From Octopus bimaculoides (lineage: Eukaryota), in the NCBI RefSeq assembly GCF_001194135.2, contig NC_068981.1, forward strand, positions 109,177,654 through 109,241,653: a stretch of DNA of 64,000 bases. Direction: 5' to 3'. Made by a program: the position numbers and the translations under genes. The notes below the pieces were generated by a model. It was not told the DNA's origin, ran no database searches, and saw nothing but the letters and a program-made list of their open reading frames with translations. This document shows positions 12,501-26,283 of this stretch, piece by piece; position 1 is the stretch's first letter; every line of letters begins with the position of its first letter.

Positions 12501-15500
12501 AAACAGGTGTAATTTGACTGATAAATATGGGAATGTTGTTTGTAAAGCATAAACTTTCACTTGTGTTGGCTTTGATACATTTCCATCTTAAGTACTTTAA
12601 ATGTCACTGTGTGCTCAGAAATGTACTTAAGCTAAGACGTGGTGCATCAAATTCAAATTTTAATATTTTTAAAGATTCTATGCTGATACTGTAAAAGTTC
12701 ACATATAGTATGCCACCATGTATAATACACATCTTGATTTTGGGATTCAAATTGGTTTAAAAGCTTATAATACAATCTATAAGCTGCAATGTTTCACAAC
12801 TATTACTGTTGTGATGAGAGTCACAATTCCCCCTTGCAAGAAATAGACTGGACCAAGTGATAATAAGTAGTAGCGGTCAGAGTGAAGCTTGTGTGTATCA
12901 GTTGATTAGTTTGTTTGGAATATTGATTGTTAGACTGTTATGTTGTTATTATGCCTGCATCATTATCTTGTTTATTGTTACAACACTGATATAGTGTATC
13001 TAAACCATCCATCACAATATTGTGTCGGTGCACAACATTGGAGACAGAGGATACAGCATCCGGCGATGAGGGTTTCGAAGCTCATGTAGGTTATTTAACA
13101 ATTTGTCTGTGATACAACTTGTTAAATGAAAGACCTACTAGCTTCTATAATACAGTTGCAAAAGCAACAACAAGAATAGCAACAGGTGTTGCAGAAGCCA
13201 CTAGTACAACAACAACAACAACAACAACAATTATTGGAGCTATACGCAAAGAAGTCCAAAAATGTAGCAAGTTTGTTTTCACCAGACGGTGAATTGAACT
13301 TCATAACAGAATTCAGATATAACCCAGAGGAGGGTATAACTTTTGCAGCATACTATAGAAGGTATGAGGAGATTTTTAAGGAAGATTGCAAGACATTGTC
13401 GGATGAAAAAAAGTAAGGTTATTATTATGTAAATTAGCTCTATCTGAGTATGATCGATACTGTAATTTCGTATTGCCCAAAAAGTCTAGTGAATTTTATT
13501 TTTAGAAACAATCAAATTACTGTCTAACATGTTCAGTGATAAAACTTCTTTATTTAACACTCAAATGGATTGTTGGAATTTAACTAAAAAAGAGGATTAT
13601 GACTTTATTATATATGCAGGAACAATCAAGAGAATGTGTGAAAGTTTTAAACTTAAAGAACTTACTCCAGAGATGTTTAAGTGCCTCATTTTTGTACAAG
13701 GCCTTACAGCAAATGGAGATACAGAAATACGGGCAAGAATTCTTTCAAAATTTGAACAAGCAAACTAAGATTTAACCCTGTAGGCTGTTACAGAAGAGTA
13801 TCAAAGGATGTTAAACCTGAAACACAACATAAAAAAAATTCAAGAAAAGGATTTTTCAAAAATACAGATATGTTGACCAAGAAAGTATAACCAAAGAAGA
13901 TTGCTAGGTCCTAATCCATGTTACAGATGTGGAGGCCTACATTTCAGAAAGGATTGTCCTTTTAAAAACCAAAAATGTTACAGTTGTCAAAAATCTGAAC
14001 ACAAGAGTTCACACTGCAGAATAAAAGTATGAAGGTCAAATGTAAAAAATTCTAAAGTGCTCTCAGCAGAAAGTAAAATCAACTCCCAAATAAGGAAATT
14101 TGTACACGTAAAAGTAAATGGAGTAAATGTTAAATTATAACTGGATACTGGTAGTGAGATTTCAATCATAATCACCAACTCATGGAAGAAAATAGGGAAA
14201 CCTATGTTAAGAAAAACAGCAAAAACTGCACGTGGCCTGATGGGAAACAAATTACACTTTGTAGATGAAATGTGGAATTATGTCACATTTCAAGGAAAAA
14301 TGTGCCAGGCGAAAGTTTTCATTTGTAAAGAATGTAATCAATCTGTTCAGTACAGACTGGTTGGAGTTGTTTGACTTATGGCACCTCCCTTAACCCTTTC
14401 ATTACTAACCCGGCCGTAGCCGGCTGAAAAATTTTTTGGTTCATAAGACTAACCCGGCTGTAGCCGTCCGAGCGTACCCATTGTTATTTAAATGTATATT
14501 TGAACCCAAATCTCGTTAGTACATTCGTTAAAACACCTGATTTCACTTTGCAAACAGTTGAGTTATTGTCTCCCACATTGTTTGGCATGATATTTGAACT
14601 CAGTGAATTTTGGAAGATTTTTTTCCACATTTTTTGCGGCGTTAATTTTTTTCAACTTTGAAGATGGAGAGGAATTTCATGCTATCAAGCAGTGATTCCG
14701 AATTTGAAGGTTTTTCAACAGAAGATATGGAGNNNNNNNNNNNNNNNNNNNNNNNNNNNNNNNNNNNNNNNNNNNNNNNNNNNNNNNNNNNNNNNNNNNN
14801 NNNNNNNNNNNNNNNNNNNNNNNNNNNNNNNNNNNNNNNNNNNNNNNNNNNNNNNNNNNNNNNNNNNNNNNNNNNNNNNNNNNNNNNNNNNNNNNNNNNN
14901 NNNNNNNNNNNNNNNNNNNNNNNNNNNNNNNNNNNNNNNNNNNNNNNNNNNNNNNNNNNNNNNNNNNNNNNNNNNNNNNNNNNNNNNNNNNNNNNNNNNN
15001 NNNNNNNNNNNNNNNNNNNNNNNNNNNNNNNNNNNNNNNNNNNNNNNNNNNNNNNNNNNNNNNNNNNNNNNNNNNNNNNNNNNNNNNNNNNNNNNNNNNN
15101 NNNNNNNNNNNNNNNNNNNNNNNNNNNNNNNNNNNNNNNNNNNNNNNNNNNNNNNNNNNNNNNNNNNNNNNNTAGACAGTTACCCAGAATAACAAATTAC
15201 TGGAGCGATCAGGAACCTTTTGGAAATGAATATATTTCCAGTATTATGAACGAGTACGATTCGTGAAGCTGAACCAATATTTACATGTGAGAGACACTAG
15301 CAGTACACCCCACCCCCAGTACATGGAGAACTTTGAGACAAAAATTATGCAATAGAATTGATTAAGAACCCTTTCTTTAATTATGTTCCAAATATCACAT
15401 TAATATGTTGATAAATAAAAAAGTTACAGGTGTTTAATGAGACTAGTCTAAATTCATGATTATTTTAGAATTTAATTGAAACTCATGAGGGGTGTATTTT

Positions 15501-18500
15501 GGTCAGAAATATAGTAACGAAAGGGTTAAGTCTCTACCATAAAAACATTATTTGTTGTCCCTCTAAAAATAAGCCATGTGAGGAATTGAAGAGAAAATTT
15601 AAAAAGATGTTTCCCTAAGTACTGTTAGGTCTATGTAAAAAGACTGAAGCGTGTTTTCAATTAAACGCTGTGCCAGTATTCAAATCTAATAGAAAAGTAC
15701 CATTTGCTGCAATAAGAAATGTAGATGAAGAGTTAGACAGACTCAAAAAATGTGGAATTATCAAAAAAGTGGATTACTCTAAATAGGTAGCACCTATTGT
15801 GTGTTTAAAAAAAAACAACAAAATTAGGCTGTGTGCTGATTTTTCTACAAGTCTGAATGACAGTTTAAAGACATTTCTCTATCCACTTCCTACTCCAGAG
15901 GATATTTTTGCAAAATTAAATGGAGGCAAAATAGTCTCAAAATTGGATTTGTCTGAGGCATATCTGCAAATAAAGGTTGACGAGGAATGTTCAAAGCTTC
16001 TAACAGTAAATACACAGAGGTTTGTACAAATATAATAGATTGCCTTTTGGTCTGAAGGTCACATCTGCAATATTTCAACAGGTTATGGATGCGATGTTGG
16101 TGGACTGTCAGTTTGCAACTTCATACCTGGATGACATATTCATTAAAAGTAATTTGCATGATCAGCATGTTGAGCATATAAAAGCTGTGTTTGAAAATAT
16201 AAGGGACTACAGGTTCACTCTGAGTAAAGAGAAATGTGGGTTCTTTTTGCCAAACATCAAATACTTAGGGCAAATTATTGATAAAAATGGAAGACGTCCT
16301 GACCTGTCAAGGACAGATACAATTCAAGATATGCCCCCCCCCCACATAACATTGTGACATTACAAGCTTTCCTTGGGCTAGTAATTTACTATCAAAATTA
16401 CATTCCTAACATGCATAAATTGAGAGCACCATTAAACGATTTACTGAAAAAAGAAGTAAAATGGAATTAGTTGGTAAAGTGTCAAAATGCATTCAAAGAG
16501 ATAGAAAAAATACTAATTTCTAATTTGTCGCTAGCCCATTTCAATCCTGAAACGGACATTGTCGTAGCTTCAGATGCTTCGGATTATGGAATAGAAGCAG
16601 TCTTGCTACACAAGTATAAAGATGGAAGTATGAAGCCAGTAGTTCATGCTTCACATTCGCTGTTAGCATCAGGGAAAAAGAATAGTCAGATAGAGAAGGA
16701 GGCTCTATCGATTATTTTTGTGGTAAAAAAATTTAACAAATTTCTACTTGCTAGAATTTTTTGGCTACAAACCAACCATCAACCATTACCATCAAATTTT
16801 GGGTCAGAAAAGGGATTGCTTACCCATACAGCAAACCGACTACAATGCCAGGGTACAATATTGCTAAACTAAAATTTTAAGATGCAGTATATTCTGTTGA
16901 AAAAAATTGGTCATGCGGAGTATGACTAATTCCTCAAAATGCAGAACCGATGGCCTCATTGCAGTCAGAAAATGAAATAAAAAGTATTATGTGTAATGTT
17001 ATTCACAAACTACCAGTGAAAGCACATGATATAAAAATGAAATCCGCAGAGGATAATTACATTACAAGTATGAAACAAATGTTGAAAAATAAGCAAAATG
17101 AAAATACAAATTGAAATAATTTTTCACTATGCAATGATGTTTTAATGTACACGCAAAGAGTGGTAGTACCAACTGCTCTACAGAAACAAGTATTGCAGGA
17201 ATTCCTCAGTAGACACCTGGGAATGCTGAGAATAAAGCTTTAATGAGGGGCTATGTATATTGGCCATCATTGGACCAGGACATTGAAAATGTAGTAAAAT
17301 CTTGTAGGGGTGTGCGCTAGCAGCTAAGGCACCACCAGTGAAATACCAATCATGGCCTGAGATGGATAGTTCATGGTCCAGGGTACATATTGACTATGCT
17401 GGACTGGTGAATGACGCATACTATCTAATTGTTGTTGATAACAGTACAAAGTGGACAGAGGTATGCAGGTGCAATAAACCAAACACAAAGACAACAATAA
17501 AGTTCCTGTATGAATTATTTGCCTGATACGGTGTTCCAGACACATTAGTATCAAATAATGGAAAACAATTTACAGGTTGTAGATTCAAAACTTTCTGCAA
17601 AATACATGCAATAAAGCATATTTTTATCCCACTCTACTACTTGAAGTCAAACAGGCAGTAGAAAGATTCATTGATACTTTCAAGCGAGTGTTAAAAAAAG
17701 CAAAGTATGACGTAGGAAATGACGAGGCGTTAACAAAATTCTTCAGAATATATCAGTTTAGGAAAGTCTCCGGTAGAGGTAATGTTTGCGCAAAAAATAA
17801 AATTGATCTTCAATAAATTATTGCCAGGAAAAAATATATTTAAAAGAAATACAGAAAAGGCAACAAAACATTTTGAAGTAGGAGATAAAAGTTCATTTTA
17901 AATTTACAAAAATGGTAAAGAAGGCTGGTAGGATGGTTTTGTAACTAAAAGATTAGGAAACATGATGTATGTAATTAAAGGACAACATGGGAACATAAGA
18001 GACACCTAAACCAATAAAAGACGAGACATACTGAAAAATGAAAGAAAATACCAATGGAAGTCTGCTGTGACATGTTTTAGGTGCCAGCCCCAAAAGAGAT
18101 TGAGCCTTGTAGAAGCAGCAGTAGAAAAAGTAAACAGACTGTACACTTAGAAATAATCCTTTCTACTGGAGGCACAAGGTCTCGAATAATGTAATAATTT
18201 GTGGGGAGGGGACTAGTTGATCACATCGACCCCAGTGTCTCACTGGTACTTAATTTATCAACCCTGAAAGGATGAAAGGCAAAGTCGACCTCAGCGGAAC
18301 TTGAACTCAGAACATAGTAGCAGACAATAAGGATAAATCTGCCAGTTCACCGCTTTAGAAATAACACTTAGAAATGATGCCAAAACGAAAAAGATATTAA
18401 ATTTGCAAAAAAAAAAAAAAAAAATTAAAGAAGGAGAGGTGCTGGAAAAAGAAAAAAGAAAATAAATTTCACTTCTTATGGAAGTCAAAATCTCAAAGCG

Positions 18501-19681
18501 GGAGATGTGATGAGAGTCACGACACCTCCTTGCAAGAAATAGACTGGAACAAGTAATTATAAATAGTAGCAATCAGAGTGAAGTCTGTGTGTGTTAATTC
18601 GAGTGAGTTCACTGAAGAGATTGTTGGAGTGTTACATTATTATGGCTGCATTGTTATCTGGTCTATTGTTACAACACTGGCATAGCACATCTAAACCATC
18701 TGTCACATTATCGTGTTGGTACCACAACATTGGAAATGGAGGATACAACAATTACATAAGCAGATGACCTACTATAATGCAACATATTGTTTAGTATTTT
18801 GTTTTATATAAAAATAAATTGATCAATAATAAAAATAATAATAATTTTCAAACTGATAAAGCTTTATTACATTATGTTTTTTTCCTTAATAAAATTGAAT
18901 GGGAAAACATTGCCTTAATATCATGTATTATAGACGTCCCTAATTTTCATTTTAGTGATTGTATTATATGTAGAATTGTGCAGTACTATTTTTCCCTTTA
19001 CAGTTTTTTTCTTTGTTGAAATAAACTATTGCAGGAATCTGTCTTAATCCATCCTTATATAGCCATTATTTTTATACAGGTATTAAATTTGATGGACAAA
19101 TTATCCTGCACACAAGAGTACTTAAATCACGAAAAACGGTAATTCAACTTGTTTTTTTTCTCATTTCTTTCTCTTCGTCTTCCCCACCTCCCTTGCTAAT
19201 TTCTGATCTAGAGATTTTTAACAAAAAGTAACTGCTTATAACCTTTGGACTATAATAATTCTTTCAAATTTTGATACAAGGCCTGCATCAATGCCAATAT
19301 TTGACCGGTACATTAGTTTATTGGTTTCAAATTTTTGGCACAAAGCAAGTTTGGTGGAGGGGCTAATTGATTACATTGCCCCCAGTGCCTGACTGGTACT
19401 TATTTTATTGACCCTGATATGATGAACGGCAAAGTCAGCCTCAGCAGCATTTGAACTCAGAACATAAAGACAGACAAAATGCTGCTAAGCCTTTTGCCCA
19501 GCATGCTAACAATTCTACCAGCTTACCATCTTAAGTACTTTACTTTATTGACCTTGAAAGGATGGAAGACAAAGTTAACCTCAGCAGCAGAGCAAATTCT
19601 AGTTTTCAAGTTATCAAATGATGGAAGTAACAAATTTATATTCAAACTTTAGGTGGATTGATAAGTTAAATAATTTTATTG

Positions 19682-19721
<40 letters not shown>

Positions 19722-22700
19722 GGTTTCAAATTTTGGCACAAGACCAGTAATTTCAACGGTAGGGGTTAGTCATTTACACTGACCCTAGTGCTCAATTGGT
19801 ACATATTTTATTGACCCTGAAAGTATGAAAGGCAAAGTTGACTTTGGTGAAATTTGAACATAGATAGTCAGACGAAATGCTGCTAAGCATTTTGCCCAGC
19901 TTGCTAATGATTCTGCCAGCTCACCACCTTCTTTATCAGGTATATATTATAGCATTGATGATAAAATGTAACCTATAAGCTATCTGACTGACAGGTTGGT
20001 CAGCTTCTAATTCAGCCAGCTACAATTCTCTGGTTTAGTTTTTAATTCAAATTAATCTTATATACATTCAAAGCTGATAAAACTAGGTGCATTTTGGGAT
20101 AAGTAACCAAAAACTAAATTTCTTTCAGTTAATTTTAAATATAACAAGGAATTTAGTAAAATAACTTAGTTGTCATTAAACTAGTGTTAGGAACATAAAT
20201 TGTGACTAAGGTTTGGTGGAAGATTTTAATTCAGAACTTTTGAAAATAAGTCATTTGTACTACAGAGCCAGAGGCGGTTTCAGGTGGCTTGGTGTCAAAA
20301 GGGTTTAAACGTCCTAGTAATGGTGATGATCAAAAGAAAAAATATAATTTGGAGTATTGATATAGTGATATGTATTCTTTTATTCCTCAATTTGTTTCAA
20401 CTAAATTGTCTTTTGGGTTTCTTGACTGTAAGATGCATCAGATTTAGAATAAGACAAAAACCTAGTCAAATGCTTCATTGATTCAGAAGAATCCAATTTC
20501 CAAAGTAAGAATTATTGTTATTGTCAGAGTGGTTATTTATATCATTATTATTAGCAGCAGTTTAATGTTTCCCCGTTTGACAAAGATATTGTTGTCAGAA
20601 TTCCTGGAGAAAATTTAGAAAAATAAATGAAAACTAAAAGCTAATTATAAAATAATTGATAAAATATTTTACTTAACCAGGACTTAGGTTGATCAAGGTT
20701 ACAGTAAATACGCAATGAAAACTTTCCATCTCTAATTTTTTTTTTTTTTTCAATTTACTCAATTTTTGTAGCAAGGTTTTCATATATTCCTGAAGAAAGA
20801 TTGAGTGAGCTGAATTAGTTATATAAAAAATAAAGTATAAAACAGACAAAAAGAAGTAAAAAATATACATGAATAAGGATGAATGTCCCGATTGTTATAT
20901 TTTAATTGTTTTCAGGAATTCAGGCCATCAGTTAATGCAACTGAAGGAAACGCTCAAAGAAAAAAATCAAGCATTTAATGAACTCTTCTCTAAGTAAGTT
21001 ACCATTTGGATGTTGTTTTTTTAATTTAGGAAACAAGGGAAGTAACTTTAGGTATACTAGGAAATCAAAAGTAACCTACCTTCTTTTAAACTTTCCGTTT
21101 GCATTTACAAATAAATTAAGTTATTATATTTCTGTTAGAGTTTGAGTTGATAATTACATTTGTAAGTCAAACTTTCTATGAACTTGAGAAAACTTCTCGA
21201 CACTATAACAGTAAGGCTTTCTTTTTAAATTTAATTTTTATTTCACCTGCTTATTTATTGAAATGTCTTGTTTCTATACATTTAGAGCCAATGAGAGAAG
21301 CTCTACATTAGTGGATCTTCACTTGGACAATAGCACTCCCTCAGACACATTGTCAGCTATTAATTTGGTGACAATTGTGAAATGGGGACTATAGAGCATG
21401 CTTGCTATTTAGAGGAACTGTGAGTTTTCTTACAAATGAAATATATAAACCAAATGCAATACTTTTAATTTGAACACATTTTCAAACAAATTTTTGTTGC
21501 AATTAAAATATGGAATCAATATGGCTACAGAGGAAGTCTCTGCATGGCTCCTTAACCCACTAGAAATCACGTCATATTTCACTCATATTACACCCATTAA
21601 TTTTTTTGTTTTTTGTAACTTTGGGCATAGGTTTGTTTCGTCAGGATTCACCTGGTGTTAAATGGCAATGACTTTAAGGCTGCTATTTCTACTTGCATTT
21701 CCCAGTTAATAAATATGATAGAAAGTTAAGTAAGGCATTTGTTTACACTATTCACTGAACAAAAAGAACAGAGCATGCAAATTTATCTTTTTGAAGCTAT
21801 TACTCTGTTAACATTAATTAGGCGTCTTAATTAGTAATCATATGGATTTCTTGAATAAAAGTTTACTTACATTCATTGATATGAATACACACACACACAC
21901 ATGGTTTCTAAAGTACATTCATGTCTTTTATGCCATTTTGTCTCTATGTGAATTTAAATTACTGATTTATTCCAAATGTCAGAAACATTGCATTACTTCA
22001 TAAACAACAGACCCATTATTACTTGCCTCACTAAGTATAAATACAAAAAACATTCAAGACCTTATGTACTGATAAATTACCATTATAACAAATTTACATT
22101 TCATTGCTCTTTAAGCATTACCAAAATCTTCTGATGGTAAAACGTCTCATTCAGTAGAACTTGTTAAGATATCTTGTTGTAAACTTTGACATTTGGGAAG
22201 TTCTGTATTTTGATGTAACTTATTTAAACCCTGTCTTGGCTATTTAGTGTATGTTACTACATTTTTGGTTATTGTTGAAAGTGATTTTCTTGTATTTTTA
22301 CATTCAAATATAAATGCAATTCTCTATAAATTTTTCAAAAATTGTTTTAAAGGTTTACTCAAACAGATACAGAGTTAACTCTTATGAAAGAGAAGTCTTC
22401 CAGTCAAGAAGAATGTATAAAGAAGTTACAGGAACAACTTTCTGGCTTGAAAGCTCAATTTCAAAAAGAATTACATCAAGAAAGAGAAGTAAGTGTTGGT
22501 GTTACACTTTTATTTATGGCACTATAAAATTCATCTAGAATTCATCAAAAGATTGACAGATAGTAGGTTGTCAACAGTGTTGTATTATAATCCTGCAAAA
22601 AACACTTGTAAATGAGTGAGAAACATTCTATGATGGTTCAACTTGCTACAAATAACAAACTAATCCCCTTCTGATCACAAACTTTCACCTTAAAAAAAAG

Positions 22701-25700
22701 ACTCATGAGATAATGTAATCCTTCATACTCGTAACAGGAATGGACACAAATGAAATTCGTTTCAATAATATAAGTCTACGTTTTTTTTTTGTAGTTTCAG
22801 CTCAGAGCTGCAGCCATACTGGGGTACCGCTGTTTTGCTACATTGTTATTATTGAGAGCCTCCTCTAATATGTGGCATTTGGTGAATAAGGCAGTTTGTT
22901 ATTGCTACCCTCATTTGCACCTCTGGGACTTTCGACAGGAAGAGGTCCAGTTTTGATTTGAAAACACCTACATCCACTTTGTGTAGGTCTCTCAGGCTCT
23001 TTGACAGCATATTAAAAAGCTGTGGGCCCCAGGCTATTGCAGTAACTGATCCTAAAGCACAATGGCATTGCTGGGATCTTTGGCACTTTGCAGTGTCAAC
23101 CCGTTCTGGCATTGGTATAGCTTTCAATGCCAAAATTTGGCACAATTCCTTCCAGGATTTTTCAAATGTATATTACTGCATACTTCTCCTGCCTTTGCTC
23201 CAGGGAGGAAAGTCTTATCTGTTTCAGCCTTGAAACTTGATCAAAATAAACTTTGAATTAAGAAACAACAGCAATTCTTAATATTCCACTTGCAAATTAT
23301 CTCATGAATCTGGCTTAAAAGTCTTTTCTAGCCTGACTGTAAGTCCAAAACTTCAATAGGTTTTCAGTGTACTTCAAACCAATGGATTACAGAACTCACC
23401 TCATTTGTTAGCAAATTAGTCAGAAAAATATTAAAGTTTGTAAATGTATGTTCCTATAAGATACTATAATTTAGAAGTATATATTTATTTCCAGGCAAGT
23501 AATACTTTTATTTTGATATATTATCTGTTCTTAAGATCAATCTTGTGAAAAGTTCTTCAACTTTTACAGAAAAAAAAAGAGTTTATATATTCAAGCTTTT
23601 ACATTATCTATATTTATGATGTGAGTATATGCACATATATTTACATGTTTATGAATATATACTCATATATTTTATAAAGCTTGACATTATATATTCAATA
23701 CTATTGGGCATTTTGTTATTTATCTTAGTCTTGTTTATCTTTTCTTTCAGTTTTAATATTTCATTTAGTTCTAATCTTCTCTACTGTTACTTTATATTTT
23801 GGTCAAGGACATGATGTGTTTAATTGTAATTAGGTTTTTCAAGTATAGCATTTGGTCTTGGAAACCTGTTTTAACCACATATGAGCCACTCTCAGTCTTG
23901 ACCAATGAAACCCACTAGTGTAATTAAAGAGTTTTATTTACAGTTTTATCAAGATAACTAGCATAGAGTCTATAAAAAAGTGACCAGGTTTCTTTGATTA
24001 TGAAATAAATTATGCACAGGATAATGTTTATGAAAGAGTAAGATTAAAACAGTAACATTGGTTTATACAGAGAGACATAGATAGAGGCTAAGCTAATAGT
24101 AGAAGTAAGAGTTATTAAGTAAAAGAAACAGACAGAAAATATAGCTGTCAGTGTGTAAATGTAAGGCAATTTAGTAAAGTGAACTCTCTGTTATCTAATT
24201 ACTCTACCAACTTCATGCATACTTTCTATTTGTCTGTCTGTAAATAACTAGAATTGTGGCAGTGAGCAATTGAGTCTTTGACCCTGTATCAACTTCTAAA
24301 ATATATCAGAATGATATTTGTCAATTTCTCTTTCATACCAGAAGCAAAAAACAAAACTAACGTAGGCTTTTCAGATTGAGAGATTACATACAACTATGTT
24401 TACATCATCACCATTGTCGTCATTCAACATCTGTTTTCCATATTGGTTTTGGTTGGATAGTTTGACTGGAGCTGGCAAGTTAGAAGAGTGCACCAAGCTC
24501 AACTGTCTGCTTTGGTATAGTCTCTACAGCTGAATGCCTTTCTTAATGCCAACCATTTCATAGAGTGTTCTGAGTGCTTTTTACTGGAACAGCACAAATG
24601 AGGTCACCAAGTAATTTACAAGACCCCTCAACTGAGAGAGGGAGTGGTGTTGGGGGAAATGGCTTTGTGCCAGGAGGGGAAACTATGATAGAGGAACAGA
24701 AAAAGGTATCTTGCTGTAAGGGTAATACATGGTCACCTCAGAGGGAGGAAGGGAGAGAAAGAGAGAGAGAGAGAGGCAGGGGGTAACTTTGTATTGCCTC
24801 TACGGCAATAAATATACATGTGCATAATCACTATATCTAACATTCAGTGATCTATAGAAGGCTTTTAACAAGCTACCACTTCTGTAGTCTAATGGTCACT
24901 ATGAAAACTTAGTGTAGCTAACTGGCTTGTGACAGCTGGGTAAGCTATGTAGAGAAGTGATGTCAGTAAGGTGAAAGCTAATAGCATGCAAATAGGTGTC
25001 CATAGGTATCAATTCTGAATGCCCTTTTATTTATTATAGTTTTCTTAGGTCATTATAGAAGTTTAAAACTGGTGTCTATGGAAAATTCTGCATACCTATG
25101 ACCTAGTATCCTGGTTCAAAAAAGATAGGAATATTTCATTCATGAATTCACAGGAATATCATAACAAGAGCACTTATGAAATTAATTCCTTCAAATACTC
25201 AGAAGACTCCCTAAATGTAGTTGACAGCTTCTATTACCAGCAGCTAGGACAAGAATATAGGATGGATAAAATTTGGGGAGCTGGCAATGTAGGGATCCTC
25301 TCTCCAAATGAAGTCATAAATATTCAAAGTGCAATATTGCAAGGTAGAGAAACAGGAGTGTAACATGGGCTCTAAATGCATAGAATGTGAGAAGGCTGTA
25401 ATGAAATGAGGCATGCATGCATGCTCTACAGGATATATAATATATATACAAGAATGACAGCACACAAATAAACTGTGAGAAAAGCTAAATATAAGAGGAA
25501 TCAGTTGTGTGCAAGAATTAAAACTGTGAGGGTATGGATATGGAAGATGATAATTGGGTAAATAAGTGTCAGATGATATAAATGAAAGTAACTGGTGGAA
25601 GTGGAAAACTGAGGAAGACATAGGGAGAAGTAGTGAAATCTGATATCAAGATATTTAACCTCACAAAGATGACAGTGGACTGCAACAAAGGACAAAATGC

Positions 25701-26248
25701 TGTGCTGGAGCAGATCCATCTAACCTATGCAAGCATGGAGAAAATGGGTGGTAGAAAAGTTCATTCACACACACAATTATAAATATGCTTACATAAATAT
25801 TAATTATTGTATACATAATTAGTTGGTTAGTTGGTTGGTTATATTTATATAGAAATATTGAACAGTTGCTATCCCAAAGGATTCTATGTCTAGTATATTT
25901 CTTTTATTTATCTGTTGTTTATTTGTATACTAAATCTCTGTATGAATTTCTTACGTGAATATATCAATACTATATATATTAAGTTCATGCTTTGTATTTA
26001 AACTATTACAATAGTTTAGTGCTTTTACATCTCTATGTCTCTCCACACCAAACAATTTAAGTTTTCTGGCTGTGTCATTTCATATCTCTTTTCTTTATTC
26101 CAAACAAAAGATGTTTGAACAGTTATATATCATTGATGTATTTTATTAAATTTGCACTTCAATTCTAAATCCTGTATTGTCATAAATTAATAAGATTACA
26201 TACTTTATTTTCCCTTATTCTTGTATATATGCACAGACATGTATGCAT

Positions 26249-26283
<35 letters not shown>

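Larger units (their letters stand above)
12807..18750 (+). mobile_element. Degenerate Ty3/Gypsy LTR retrotransposon with both LTRs and 5-bp TSD
   Basis: ATTAC at 12802-12806 and 18751-18755; termini TGTTGT...ACAACA; LTRs about 12807-13058 and 18506-18750. Gag with two Zn knuckles (CYRCGGLHFRKDC, CYSCQKSEHKSSHC), protease LDTGS, RT (YLDDI), RNase H (ASDASDYG, EKEAL) and integrase (RVHIDYAG) in PR-RT-RH-IN order; purine tract before the 3' LTR. Confidence 0.93.

Noticed and set aside
14658-15266. ORF-track entries of 166-202 aa
   Set aside because: Artefacts of the N gap; only the flanking piggyBac-like peptides are real.
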